Part shown: positions 17,026 through 26,779 of the stretch, piece by piece | How positions within the stretch are numbered: position 1 is the stretch's first letter | Layout: the number at the start of each line of letters is the position of its first letter | Source: Actinomycetota bacterium | GTDB lineage: Bacteria; Actinomycetota; Geothermincolia; Fen-727; Anoxymicrobiaceae | Assembly (NCBI GenBank): GCA_018831265.1 | Contig: JAHJCO010000019.1 | Location: 104,534-168,533 of the forward strand | Length of the DNA: 64,000 nucleotides | Direction of reading: 5' to 3' | Made by a program: the position numbers and the translations under genes | The notes under the pieces: generated by a model | What the model saw: the letters and a program-made list of their open reading frames with translations, nothing else | Databases searched by the model: none | What the model was told of the DNA's origin: nothing

Positions 17026-17931
17026 ATGGGACAGGAAACCGACGGCCTGCTACACGAGGTCACGGAGAACATCTACCTCCTCAGGGGTGAGAACGGGGGG
17101 CGCTTCCCGTTCCCGTACTCGGTCGTGGTCACCGGCGGGCCCAACGTGCTGTTCGACACCGGGTGCGGCCTGCGCACGCTCGAGCGCCTCCGGGAGCGGG
17201 TGAACATCGACCTCGTGGTCAACTCGCACACCCATCCGGATCACTTCTCCGGCAACCACCTCTTCGGCGGCGTGGAGCTGCTCGTCCCAGAGGCTTTCGC
17301 GGGGATCCTCGCGGACCTCGAGGCGATGTCGGTGCGGCTGGCCGGCGGCGGCGAGCCGGCGGAGCAGTGGTTGTTCATGGTGCGCGAGATCCTCGGGCAC
17401 AGGCCCACCGAGCCCACGGGCACCTTCGTTGAGGGCCGCGTCATCGAGGCCGGGGGCTACGCATTCGAGGCGGTCCACACGCCCGGACACACCGCCGATA
17501 CCTACTGCTTCTACGACCCGGTAAGCCGCGTTCTTCTCTCCTTCGACTACGACCTGACCCCGTTCGGGCCCTGGTACGGCCACGTGGAATCGAGCCTGCC
17601 CGAGACCCGGGCTTCGATCGAGAAGCTCATCGGACTGGAGCCGGGCCTGGTGGTCTCCTCGCATCGGATGCCGCTCTCCGCCGGGATAGAGGAGGCTTTC
17701 CGGGAGTACGACGCGGTCATCGACCGGCGCACCGAGGTGGTTCTGGGCATGCTCGAGAAGGGGCCGGCGACCCCGGAGCAGCTGGCCGACCTCTCTCCCA
17801 TCTACGGGCTGAAGCCCAGCTTCGCCCTCTACCACTACTTCGAGTCGCGCCTGATCGAGAAGCACCTGGAGCTGCTGGTGGAGGAGGGCCTGGCCTCCAC
17901 GAACGAGTCCGGCACCTACTCTCTACCTTGA
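17026..17931 (+). CDS. MBL-fold metallo-hydrolase
   Basis: VVNSHTHPDHFSGN (HxHxDH) motif. Start taken as the internal ATG at 17026. Confidence 0.85.
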   Translation: MGQETDGLLHEVTENIYLLRGENGGRFPFPYSVVVTGGPNVLFDTGCGLRTLERLRERVNIDLVVNSHTHPDHFSGNHLFGGVELLVPEAFAGILADLEAMSVRLAGGGEPAEQWLFMVREILGHRPTEPTGTFVEGRVIEAGGYAFEAVHTPGHTADTYCFYDPVSRVLLSFDYDLTPFGPWYGHVESSLPETRASIEKLIGLEPGLVVSSHRMPLSAGIEEAFREYDAVIDRRTEVVLGMLEKGPATPEQLADLSPIYGLKPSFALYHYFESRLIEKHLELLVEEGLASTNESGTYSLP

Positions 17932-18194
17932 GCAGCCACAAAGTGACTAAACCAGGGGTCAGGCACAATTCAAGTCACAGCCAGGTCGCATCGACGTTCA
18001 TCTCGGGCCGCACCACGTTGCCCTGCTCTTGACAGACCTACATACAGGGTCATGATGTGACTGGTTGAGTAGCCTGAAATTGAATGCTTTTCTCGAGCAA
18101 CCACAAAGTGACTAGGCCAGGGGTCAGGCACAATTCAAGTCACACCATACAGGTTGTCCGGCATTGAAGCTGACATTGAATTGAGCCTGACCCC
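17932..18194. repeat. Two tandem copies of the GGGGTCAGGC-TIR MITE-like element. Each starts with ...CCACAAAGTGACTA(A/G)(A/G)CCAGGGGTCAGGCACAATTCAAGTCACA. The first copy is truncated at the right end. The second ends in GAGCCTGACCCC.
   Basis: Direct repeat of a ~50-bp left end. The first copy begins at the MBL stop codon. Confidence 0.75.
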
Positions 18195-18199
18195 ATTTG

Positions 18200-21100
18200 C
18201 TAGCCGGAGGAGCCTCCGATCGTGTCCGTACCGGCACCGCGGCTGTTCCAGTACATGGCGCGCTCCACCATTATTTTCCCGCCTTCCGTGGTGCAGCGCA
18301 CCAGGACGGAGGCCCGCCCGTTGAGCCCCGCGTCGAGCATGTTGAAGGTCTTGCGCGAGTTGCCGGGCACGGTGTCGTTGACGGTGATGTTCCCCACCCC
18401 GTTGGGCAGGAGGTACTGAATCTCGACGGCGACGTCGCCGTCGTTCGGGTTCTGGACCAGCGTGTAGGTCTCGCGCCCGTTGGTGGTCTCGCCGTCGGGC
18501 AGGTAGAAGGTCACGTGGGGCTGCGCCATCCCGATGGAGTCGTGGCACGACTCCCCCGCTCCCGCGTCCCAGTACATCGCCCGCTCGGCGATGATGGGCT
18601 GCGTGCCGTGCACCTGCGTAGAGCAGTCCTGCCCCGCCAGGACGTCGTTCACCCTCATCGTCTGCCGGGAGTTGGCGGCCATCTGGAATGCGGGCTGGAC
18701 CTGGGGACCGCCGCTGGTCATGTAGGTTATGGTGACGTCCGCCGCGGAGTCGTTCGGGTTCTGTATGAGGACGTAGGTGGTGAAGCCCCAGGCGGTTGTT
18801 CCCTCGGCCAGGTAGTAGTCGTAGGCGGGCGTGGTGGTGCCTGTCGAGTCGTGACCCTCCCGTCGGTTGTTGCGGTACATGGCCCTCTCGGGGATCACCG
18901 GCAGGTCGGAGGCCACCTTGATGGAGGCGTCCTCGGCCCCGATGTCGTCGACCATCGGGAAGGTGGCCCTCCCGTTGGCCGGCACCTGGTGGGCCACCTC
19001 CATGGGGGTCTTCCCCTGGATCATATAGGTGAGCGTGCAGTTCGCGACGCTGGAGTTGGGGTTCTGGACGAGCAGGAAGCACTCGAACCCCCAGTTGGTC
19101 GAGCCCTCCGGCAGGTACCAGGTCTTCGCGGAGGCTGTGATACCGACCGCGGAGTGCCCCTCCTCGAACGGCGTCCCTCCGTTCCACGACATCGTGCGGT
19201 CCACGGCGATCCCCAGGTCGTTGGTGCACTCCACCTTCGTAGAGAAGTCCCGCTCGCCCAGGGTTTCGCGGGGGAAGATGGTGGACTGGCTCATCGCCGG
19301 CATGGAGAAGGCGGGCCCAACCACCTGCCCGGTGTCGGTCATGTAGGTGACCTGGACGTCGGCGGCGCTGTTGTTCGGGTTCTCGACCGATACGTAGGTC
19401 TGGAACCCCCAGGCGGTCGTCCCCTCGGCCAGGTACCAGGTGGGCTGCGAGCCTCCGCCCAGCGCGCGCGCAGCGTTTATCCGGCCCCATCCGAACTTGT
19501 CGTCCCTGCCGCCGTCACCGAGGTCCTCCGCCGTGCTCTCGAGCCTCTGCTCGATCTCGTCGTTGGACATGCCGGGGTTCTGCGAGAAGACCAGCGCACC
19601 CAGCCCGGCGGCCATCGGGCAGGCCATGGAGGTGCCGGACAGGAAGTCGTAGTTCAAGTTGTAGCCCTCCAGGTTGGAGGTGACCGGGTAGGTCGGCAGC
19701 GTCGCGTAGATGTCCTTGCCCGGGGCGCTCAGGTCGACGCTGGAGTTGTACTGGGAGAAGTCGGCCTTCTTGTCCTTATTAGTGGTCGCTGCCACCCCGA
19801 TCACATGGTCGTACCCCGCCGGGTAGCTGATCTCGCTATTCCCGTCGTTCCCGACTGCCGCGAAAAGAGTGCAGCCCTTGTTGTAGGCGTAAGTGCAGGC
19901 GTCCCTTATCGCGGTCGACTGGCTCGAACCCCCCAGGCTCATGCTGATGATGTCGGCCCCGTGATCGGCCGCGTAGTAGATGCCGTTGGAGATCGCGGAG
20001 TTGCTTCCGCTGCCGGCCGAGTCCAGGACCTTCACCGGCAGCACGCGTGCCCCCGGGCAGGTGCCCGCCACGCCCACCCCGTTATCGGTGACCGCGGCCG
20101 CGATGCCGGCGCAGTGGGTCCCGTGCCCCCCGTCGTCGCGCGGCTTGCTGTTGGGGTTGGTCCTGAAGTAGAAGTCGTCGAACCCCAGGCCGCCCTGCTG
20201 CCAGCCCTGGGTAGTGTTGTAGAACCATCCGACACCGTCGGCGTATACAGGCTCGCTGAGAGCAGAGTAGTTGTAATAGAGGTTATAGTAATTGGCAAGG
20301 CCGGGGTCGGTATTATCAACCGCGATCTTGATGTAGTACGTGGCTCCGTTGGTCAGCGTTACCGGGGTCGGGAGCGCCTTGTATATCTCGCTGCCGGCGG
20401 TAGTGACCTCCGATGGGGTGATGGTGTAGTAAGTGATGGCACCGCCGGGCGGGTCGAGGCTGGTTGCGACGCCGACGTAGATGTTGCCCGTTCCTCCCCC
20501 TCCTACCGGGGGATTCCCCACCTTCTGAACCGCGATACCGATGTGGGTGAGCTGGCCACCGGTGCCCTTGATGGACTGTGCGAAGTACCAGTTCTCGAAC
20601 TGCCCCGCGGGTGCCTGGTAGTTTAGCTTCGACTGGGTTATACCGGCGTAGTTGTACCCGTTGGACAGCAGCTTGGACTTCTGGTCGGGGTGCGTGAAGT
20701 CGCAGCCGGTGTCAACGATAGCGATGGTGGGCGGGTTGGAGTATCCCTGCTCGATGTCCCAGGCCTCCTCCATGTCTATGTCGCAGCCTGCCGTGCCGGT
20801 GCTTCCCTCTATGCTCTGCCCGGTGTTCCGGTACCCCCACTGCGACCCGTAAGAAGGGTCGTCCGGCCTGCCGGATGCCCGGTAGACGTAGTTCGGCTCG
20901 GCATAGCGGACATAGTCGCGCGCGGACAGCTCGGCGACCGCCTGCTCGACCGAGACGCCCGGCCGAAGCGCGAGCACCCTGGCGCTCTCACCTCCCGGCG
21001 GCCCGATCTCGCCCAGTACCGTTGCGCCTCCGGCATCCGCCGCGATGCGCTCCCGGCTCGGGGCGTCGACCCCCGGCTCGAAGCCGACCACCACCTGTCC

Positions 21101-21253
21101 GGGGACATACTCGTCGAAGGAGACGCCTGCGGGCGCGGCCCCGGGGAAGGTATCGACCGGCGCCGCGGCGGCGGGAACAGCCGCGAAGGTCACACAGGCG
21201 AGCCCCAGGGCGACAACGAGAACGATGGAGGTGAGAGTGGAAGATCGCCGCAT
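18200..21253 (-). CDS. Secreted S8 subtilisin-like serine protease. Signal peptide, Asp/His/Ser catalytic domain, then six tandem ~105-aa repeat modules.
   Basis: AIVDTGCD, HGTHCAGI and GTSMACPMAAG motifs. Repeats with WYLAEGTTAWGF..Y...QNPN...A.V.VTYM. The GGGAGGCGG SD favours the ATG at 21253. The antisense ORF 18197..20626 is a GC artefact. Confidence 0.9.
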   Translation of the reverse strand: MRRSSTLTSIVLVVALGLACVTFAAVPAAAAPVDTFPGAAPAGVSFDEYVPGQVVVGFEPGVDAPSRERIAADAGGATVLGEIGPPGGESARVLALRPGVSVEQAVAELSARDYVRYAEPNYVYRASGRPDDPSYGSQWGYRNTGQSIEGSTGTAGCDIDMEEAWDIEQGYSNPPTIAIVDTGCDFTHPDQKSKLLSNGYNYAGITQSKLNYQAPAGQFENWYFAQSIKGTGGQLTHIGIAVQKVGNPPVGGGGTGNIYVGVATSLDPPGGAITYYTITPSEVTTAGSEIYKALPTPVTLTNGATYYIKIAVDNTDPGLANYYNLYYNYSALSEPVYADGVGWFYNTTQGWQQGGLGFDDFYFRTNPNSKPRDDGGHGTHCAGIAAAVTDNGVGVAGTCPGARVLPVKVLDSAGSGSNSAISNGIYYAADHGADIISMSLGGSSQSTAIRDACTYAYNKGCTLFAAVGNDGNSEISYPAGYDHVIGVAATTNKDKKADFSQYNSSVDLSAPGKDIYATLPTYPVTSNLEGYNLNYDFLSGTSMACPMAAGLGALVFSQNPGMSNDEIEQRLESTAEDLGDGGRDDKFGWGRINAARALGGGSQPTWYLAEGTTAWGFQTYVSVENPNNSAADVQVTYMTDTGQVVGPAFSMPAMSQSTIFPRETLGERDFSTKVECTNDLGIAVDRTMSWNGGTPFEEGHSAVGITASAKTWYLPEGSTNWGFECFLLVQNPNSSVANCTLTYMIQGKTPMEVAHQVPANGRATFPMVDDIGAEDASIKVASDLPVIPERAMYRNNRREGHDSTGTTTPAYDYYLAEGTTAWGFTTYVLIQNPNDSAADVTITYMTSGGPQVQPAFQMAANSRQTMRVNDVLAGQDCSTQVHGTQPIIAERAMYWDAGAGESCHDSIGMAQPHVTFYLPDGETTNGRETYTLVQNPNDGDVAVEIQYLLPNGVGNITVNDTVPGNSRKTFNMLDAGLNGRASVLVRCTTEGGKIMVERAMYWNSRGAGTDTIGGSSG

Positions 21254-21427
21254 AACTACCGCCTCCCGGTCAGCCATAAGACAAAACGTGCCTGCATGGG
21301 TTTATTCGGTCATCTGGTGCCACCCCTTAACCCTGCAGCCCGTGTTGCATGATGGCCAGGCCTTTCTGCAACTCACCTGTCGTAGGTTTGCGGGGAGGCG
21401 ATCCGGCTGAGGAGGAGTCTGCCGGGG

Positions 21428-21856
21428 CTAAGGGCTGCTCGAGGTCAGGGCGTTCTCAATAGCCTTCAGTACGGCCTTGGAGCTCACCGTGGCGCCGGAG
21501 ACGGTGTCTACCTGGAGCGTCTGCCTGTCCACCACCCGGTCGATCACCTCTTCCATCTGCTGCCTGTTCGCGTCTCCCCCGGTAAGGGTTATCCTCGTGA
21601 TCTCTCCGTCGCGGACCGTCACGCTGACGCCGGCCGAGACGTGGAAGACCTTGAAGTCGCCGGGGTACTCCCCGTCCGGGACCCTGGAGATGTCGACGTC
21701 CTCGATCGTTATCTTCCTGGTCGCGCTCAGGAACCGCCAGGAGTAGATGCCGGCGACGACCATGAGCACCAGTACCACCGCTCCGACACTCATGCCCACT
21801 ATCAGCGCGATCTTGCCTTTTCTACTCAACTTCAGCCTCACTTTCATCAGGGGCAC
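21428..21856 (-). CDS. FMN-binding domain protein (membrane-anchored)
   Basis: N-terminal TM helix. VDTVSGATVSSKAVLKAIENAL (FMN_bind S-G-A-T motif). Confidence 0.7.
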   Translation of the reverse strand: MPLMKVRLKLSRKGKIALIVGMSVGAVVLVLMVVAGIYSWRFLSATRKITIEDVDISRVPDGEYPGDFKVFHVSAGVSVTVRDGEITRITLTGGDANRQQMEEVIDRVVDRQTLQVDTVSGATVSSKAVLKAIENALTSSSP

Positions 21857-22523
21857 CGAAGCGCGCCTTGATGTGGCTCCCGTCGCACAGCGGCTTGTTC
21901 TCCGATCTTCCGCAGCGGCACAGGGTGACGCGGTTCCTGGTCTCGTAGGGGGTCCCGTCCTCCGACTCGATAGGGACCCCGCCCCTGACCCACAGCGGAC
22001 CGCTGACCCCGGCCCCGGGATCCTCGACGACGCCTATCGACGGCTCGAAGTCCGGCTCGATCGGCTCGCCGGACCTCCAGGCCACCAACCTACCCGAGGG
22101 GCAGTTGCACGCCTGCTCTATCGCCAGGTCCCGCGCCTCGGGATCGTCCGACCTCCTCACCAGCCGCCAGGTCCCGCCCTCACGGTGGCAGAAACGGGCC
22201 TGGGAGCACAACTCGGAGGCGTCCGTGAGGTCTATCTCCGGACCCTCGAGCTTCCGGCACTTGTCCGCGTAATCGCGGCGGTCGCAGGTCTCCTCGCCCT
22301 CGAAGCCGATATTCTCGTGGGAGCCGTCGCAGTACGGCCTGTCCCCGGAGCGGCCGCACCGACACAGTCTGTACTCCTCGCGGCGAGGGTACTCGCCGCC
22401 GTGCTTCCATGCGACCGGGTCGCCTTTCTCGTCAGGCTCGGCGACCTCCCTCAGCAGCGGGACCCCGCCGGTGACCCGGTAGGGGCCGTTCCTGGTGATG
22501 ACGATCCTCTTCTTTTCATTCAC
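21822..22523 (-). CDS. CDGSH iron-sulfur domain protein (two CDGSH-type 2Fe-2S motifs)
   Basis: CRCGRSGDRPYCDGSH and CRCGRSENKPLCDGSH. Overlaps the FMN-binding gene by 35 nt. Confidence 0.8.
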   Translation of the reverse strand: MNEKKRIVITRNGPYRVTGGVPLLREVAEPDEKGDPVAWKHGGEYPRREEYRLCRCGRSGDRPYCDGSHENIGFEGEETCDRRDYADKCRKLEGPEIDLTDASELCSQARFCHREGGTWRLVRRSDDPEARDLAIEQACNCPSGRLVAWRSGEPIEPDFEPSIGVVEDPGAGVSGPLWVRGGVPIESEDGTPYETRNRVTLCRCGRSENKPLCDGSHIKARFGAPDESEAEVE

Positions 22524-22597
22524 AGCGAGACCATTTCGTATAATGGAGCGGGCACATATCTCTTTTTATCACTTTTCCGGCGCGGAAAGGAGAGGCT

Positions 22598-22805
22598 GAT
22601 GTCGGACACGGACAAGGTGAAGAAGGTCCTTGTGAGCCTGGCCGCGATGCACTTCATCGAGGCGCTCATCGCGGCGCGGGCGGCTTCGAGGCGGGGGAAG
22701 AGCCCCGTGCTCTACTTCCTGCTCACGCAGGTGCTGGGAGTCTTCGTGCTGGTGCCGCTGCTCCGCAAGCCCAGGCTGGAGGCTGCGCCGCAGGAGGAGT
22801 GCTAG
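22598..22805 (+). CDS. Hypothetical small membrane protein (68 aa)
   Basis: GGAGAGG SD before ATG 22598. Two hydrophobic helices. Confidence 0.4.
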
Positions 22806-22809
22806 AGAG

Positions 22810-23592
22810 TCACTCTATCTCGAAGGCGTTCTCTGCCTCCATGCCGAACCCGTCGGAGTTGACGATTCTCAGGTCGTAGAGGCCCGGAGGGCATCCCGTA
22901 AGGCTGAACTGGCACCGGATAACGTCGTCTCCGTACAGGATAACCGAGCTGCCTGAGACCTTGGCGCTTCCGCCGTGCTGCATGAGAGAGATCGAAAGAC
23001 CTTTCTTGAAATTGTCACCGGACACGTTCGCGGACACGGTCATCCCCTGCGAGCCTTTGGAGGGGCTCATCCCGGTGATGACGGGAGGGCCGGTGCCGGG
23101 TGTGGAGCTCGGGGTAGTGCCGCGGTATGGAGTCGTATATGTATCCGGGTAGTAGGTCCTTCCCTGCTGATTGTACTCCTCCTGCATCTGCTCGTTGTAC
23201 TTCTGCACCGCTGACTCGTAGTCGCTGCGGCTGCCGGTCAGGGAGGGGATAAGGAGGAGGGCCCCCACGAACGTCACCACCAGGAGCACGGCGGCGATGA
23301 CGATGCCTATCATCCGCCAGTTGCCGTAACCGCTGGACGGTGGGGGCATGGGGAAGTCCGCGATGGGGTCGAAGCCTGCGCTTCCCCGGCCTCCGAAACT
23401 TGCCGCTACGATGGCGTCGTAGTCCGGCAGCTCACCGGTCGATTCCTTCAAGAGATCGGTGACGGGTCCGGGGGGTGGCGGACCGGACGCCGTAGTGTCC
23501 CCGGCCGCGGCCGCGGGCTCGAACGGGTGGTAGCATAGCCCGCAGAACCTGCTCGATTCCGGGTTTTCAGCGCCGCACTCGGGACATTCCAA
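22810..23592 (-). CDS. Zinc-ribbon membrane protein. N-terminal CxxC...CxxC ribbon, Pro-rich linker, one TM, then a C-terminal globular domain.
   Basis: MECPECGAENPESSRFCGLCY. The architecture repeats in the 63212..end ORF and at the N-terminus of the giant protein. Confidence 0.6.
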   Translation of the reverse strand: MECPECGAENPESSRFCGLCYHPFEPAAAAGDTTASGPPPPGPVTDLLKESTGELPDYDAIVAASFGGRGSAGFDPIADFPMPPPSSGYGNWRMIGIVIAAVLLVVTFVGALLLIPSLTGSRSDYESAVQKYNEQMQEEYNQQGRTYYPDTYTTPYRGTTPSSTPGTGPPVITGMSPSKGSQGMTVSANVSGDNFKKGLSISLMQHGGSAKVSGSSVILYGDDVIRCQFSLTGCPPGLYDLRIVNSDGFGMEAENAFEIE

Positions 23593-23680
23593 GCGTACTT
23601 CCCCCGTCTTGATACCTAGTTCGGATTATACGCCGCGCAGGGGCGAATAGACACGCCACGCGGGTCCCCGGAAGGCCTGT

Positions 23681-24401
23681 TCAGTCCGCGTCGGGCGCGG
23701 CCGTGCGGCCGTGGGGGCAGACATAGACGCATAGTCCACAGACACCGCGGGCGTCGCACGAGCGCAGCCCGGTCAGGTAGCGCTCGCAGGCCCGCGCATC
23801 GAAACGCGCCTCGCGCGGCTCACCCTCGGTGAAAGCCCTGCCCGTGAACGCGCCGACCGGGCAGATGCTCACGCACTCCTCGCAGTCCCCGCACCGCTCG
23901 GGCTCCGGCGCGCCGGTAGCCTCCAGCGGGGCATCCGTCAGCACAGCGGCCCAGCGGACCCTGGGACCTACCTCGGGCGTGACCAGCAGGCAGCTCCTTC
24001 CAATCCAGCCAAGCCCGGCCAGGCGTGCGGCCATCTTGTTGGAGAAGATGGCGCGGATGAGCTCGTCGTCGTAACGCTTCGACGCCGGCACCGGGAGGGC
24101 GGCGTGACCCGCGGATCGCAGCTCGGTCGCCAGGCGGGAGGTCATGTTGTCCAGCTTGTAGTTGATGACGTCGTAGCAGTGGTGCATGTAGCGGGCGGCC
24201 ACGGAGGGCTCCTCGCGGCGCGGGAGCATGTCCACTATCTCGCCGACCATCTTTATTCCCACCGATACGGCGCGGTGGTAGCCGGCAACCACGTTGCCAC
24301 CCTGCTCGACCACGGTGCCCAGCACCGGCCCGAGGTCGGCGACCCCGTAGAAGTCGGCCCCCAGCCGCTCGGCCAGGCTTTCCAGCTTTGAATCCGGATC
24401 C
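23681..24401 (-). CDS. Epoxyqueuosine-reductase (QueG)-like 4Fe-4S protein
   Basis: LAGLGWIGRSCLLVTPEVGP (QueG/DUF1730-like) motif plus two CxxCxxCxxxCP motifs. Start taken as the internal ATG of the 367-aa ORF. Confidence 0.55.
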
Positions 24402-24569
24402 ATGCCTGCCTTTCGGATAATGCCTGGAAGCATAACCGATTCGCCACTGATATGCTGTTCGCATAACGCAACGGGGGCTTTCGCATCGGGGTCAGACGCC
24501 GATGCGAAAACGGATGCGAGAAGCCCGGTCTCCTTGTTCCCCGTTGACACTCCGGCGTGGGAGGATGGT

Positions 24570-25349
24570 ATGTGGAAGGTAAGGATCGTGGTCGCTCTGA
24601 TGGAGTTCTGCGAGGGGCACCCGTTGCTGGTCAGGTGCCTGTTCAAGCCGCTCGCCAACCTGCCGTGGGTGTCCGACAGGCTGCATGTGATGATACGTGC
24701 GTACATGGGGGCCACGGCGTTCCAGATACACGACGTCGACGCCTCCAGGGGGCGTATCGGCATCGGCGGGGTCGACGAGATCATGTTCGGCTCGGAGCTG
24801 CTGTGGGTGCTGCACGAGGTCCTGGGCAGGATGGGCCCGGAGGAAAAGGACAGGGCGCTCTACGACGTCGGTTTCATCACGGGCTACTACGAGGCAAAGG
24901 ACGCCATCCGCAAGGGGCAGTGGGCGCCGAAGCCGTTCCTGCCGCTCATCGAGGGCGGACGCCTGCTGGAGAGTGCACGCTCCGACCCGCTGATGGCCAG
25001 GTTCCTGGACGGGGTCCTCAAGACCGAGTCGGCCCTCATCATCACCGGTGGAGGCTGGGGCAACATAACGGATTTCGACTACAGTGGACCGGTCATCAGG
25101 GTCGAGCACGAGTTCGCCCAGGAGGCAGCCTGGCTTGGGCCCTCGGACGGCCCGGTCTGCCGTTACTTCGCAGGTGGTATGGCGGGCCACGTGAGCGCGG
25201 TGGCGGGCCGGTGGTACGAGGCGCGGGAGGTCGAGTGCGCCGCGGAGGGAGCGCCCCGCTGCGTCTTCGAGGCGAGCCCCTCGTCGGAGAGCGACGCCGA
25301 GCTGGAGCGGCGGGAGTCGGTCGAGCGGCTGCTCGCCAGGCGGTCATAG
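24570..25349 (+). CDS. V4R (4-vinyl reductase-like) domain protein
   Basis: C-terminal CRYFAGGMAGHVSAVAGRWYEAREVECAAEGAPRCVFE matches the V4R Cys pattern. Confidence 0.5.
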   Translation: MWKVRIVVALMEFCEGHPLLVRCLFKPLANLPWVSDRLHVMIRAYMGATAFQIHDVDASRGRIGIGGVDEIMFGSELLWVLHEVLGRMGPEEKDRALYDVGFITGYYEAKDAIRKGQWAPKPFLPLIEGGRLLESARSDPLMARFLDGVLKTESALIITGGGWGNITDFDYSGPVIRVEHEFAQEAAWLGPSDGPVCRYFAGGMAGHVSAVAGRWYEAREVECAAEGAPRCVFEASPSSESDAELERRESVERLLARRS

Positions 25350-25387
25350 GCACATATAACCCCAAATGACCTTTAAGGGGGTTGTTG

Positions 25388-26710
25388 ATGAGCGTGGTGG
25401 TTGTCGGGGGCGGGACCTCCGGGCTGGCGGCGGCGGTAGTACTCGAGCAGGCGGGCACGCCGTGCCTGGTGCTGGAGAAGAGGGAGTTCCCGGGCGGGCG
25501 CATAGCCGCGCGCGAGCGGGACGGGTTCCGCCTGGACCTGGGCGCGCAGTTCATGTTCAAGGACTACCCGGCGACCAGGGAGATGGCCCGGCGGCTGGGG
25601 ATAGCCGATGAGTTCGTGGAGTTCTCCGCCTGGCTGGCGGTCTTTCGCGACGGTTGCCTGTACGAGCTGAACACCGACCTCGCGCAGAACTTCAAGGAGT
25701 TCGCGGGCGCCTTCCGCGCGCGGCGCCTGCTCTCGGTGGGAGGCAGGCTCCAGGCGGGGAGGTTCCTGGGCAGGCTCCTGTCCCTGCGCTCACACCTGGA
25801 CTTCGACCACCCGGAGAAGGCGCTGGACCTGGACGCGGTCTCCTTCGCCGACTACGTCCGCGAGGGGTTCGGCGAGGAGCTACTGGAGTACGTGGCACAG
25901 CCGATCGCCGGCACCCTCACACTGGGAGAACCGGAGGAGATATCCGCCGCGCACGGGCTCGCGCTCTCCCTCTACATGCTCAGGGGGCTCAGTATGTTCC
26001 GGAAGGGCATCGGCTTCCTGGCGGAGGAGATGAGCAGGGCAGCGGGCGAGATCAGGCTCGGGGCGGACGTCAGGCGGATAGTGGTGGAGGACGGCCGGGT
26101 AAAGGGGGTGAGGGCGGACACCGGTGCGGGCGAGGAGCTCATCGAGGCCGACCACGTGATATGCACCGCGCCCGCCAACCTCGCGGCCGAGCTGCTGGGG
26201 GACCTGCCCGCTTCCATCACCGACGCCCTGCGGACCGTACGCTACAGCTCGTGCCTGCACGTTATGTTCGGCCTGCAGGGTCGGCCCTTCGGCAAGGACT
26301 TCGCCATCGCGCTGCCGCGCCGGGAGGGGTTCGGCTTCCCCGGGCTCACCGAGAACTCGCTCAAGGCCTCCTGCGCGCCGGACGGGTGCGGAATGGTGCA
26401 CGTCTACACCAACGACCGGTACGCCGCCGAGCTGCTGGAGCTTACCCGGGACGAGGTCAGGCTGCGGGTCGCCTGGGAGCTCCAGAAGATCGAGCCGTCC
26501 TTCCCCGAGGAGCCGCTCTTCTGCGAGACGTTCTACTGGCCCGAGGCCCTGTGCCTGGCCGGGCCCGGGCACTTCGCGAGGATGGAGGCGCTCAAGGAGT
26601 CGGTGCGCGGGTTCGAGGGCCTGCACCTGGCCGGCGAGTACCTGGGCATCCCCTCCATGGAGGCAGCCATCGACAGCGGTATGCGCGCCGCCGAGGCCGT
26701 GCTCGGCTAA
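25388..26710 (+). CDS. FAD-dependent oxidoreductase (protoporphyrinogen oxidase / phytoene desaturase-like amine-oxidase fold)
   Basis: VVVGGGTSGLAAAVVL ... E-x-R-x-x-GGR dinucleotide-binding motif. 441 aa. Confidence 0.75.
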   Translation: MSVVVVGGGTSGLAAAVVLEQAGTPCLVLEKREFPGGRIAARERDGFRLDLGAQFMFKDYPATREMARRLGIADEFVEFSAWLAVFRDGCLYELNTDLAQNFKEFAGAFRARRLLSVGGRLQAGRFLGRLLSLRSHLDFDHPEKALDLDAVSFADYVREGFGEELLEYVAQPIAGTLTLGEPEEISAAHGLALSLYMLRGLSMFRKGIGFLAEEMSRAAGEIRLGADVRRIVVEDGRVKGVRADTGAGEELIEADHVICTAPANLAAELLGDLPASITDALRTVRYSSCLHVMFGLQGRPFGKDFAIALPRREGFGFPGLTENSLKASCAPDGCGMVHVYTNDRYAAELLELTRDEVRLRVAWELQKIEPSFPEEPLFCETFYWPEALCLAGPGHFARMEALKESVRGFEGLHLAGEYLGIPSMEAAIDSGMRAAEAVLG

Positions 26711-26772
26711 TACTTTGGCCCTAAGGTGCCAGGCACATTAGCCCGGGATTATTAGTGCCTGGCGCTTATGGA
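26711..26772. repeat. GTGCCAGGCAC-family palindromic element immediately after a stop codon
   Basis: CTAAGGTGCCAGGCACATTAGCCCGGGATTATTAGTGCCTGGCGC. Similar to 7731..7845. Confidence 0.6.
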
Positions 26773-26779
26773 ACTATGA

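Noticed and set aside
18197-20626. 809-aa ORF antisense to the S8 protease, and similar long antisense or alternative-frame ORFs (8531..11134, 996..1946, 3403..4410, 18135..19490, 25654..26724, 42177..43226, 48084..50195)
   Set aside because: Arg/Gly/Pro-rich low-complexity translations typical of stop-codon-poor frames in about 65% GC DNA. Each overlaps a well-supported gene on the other strand or frame.
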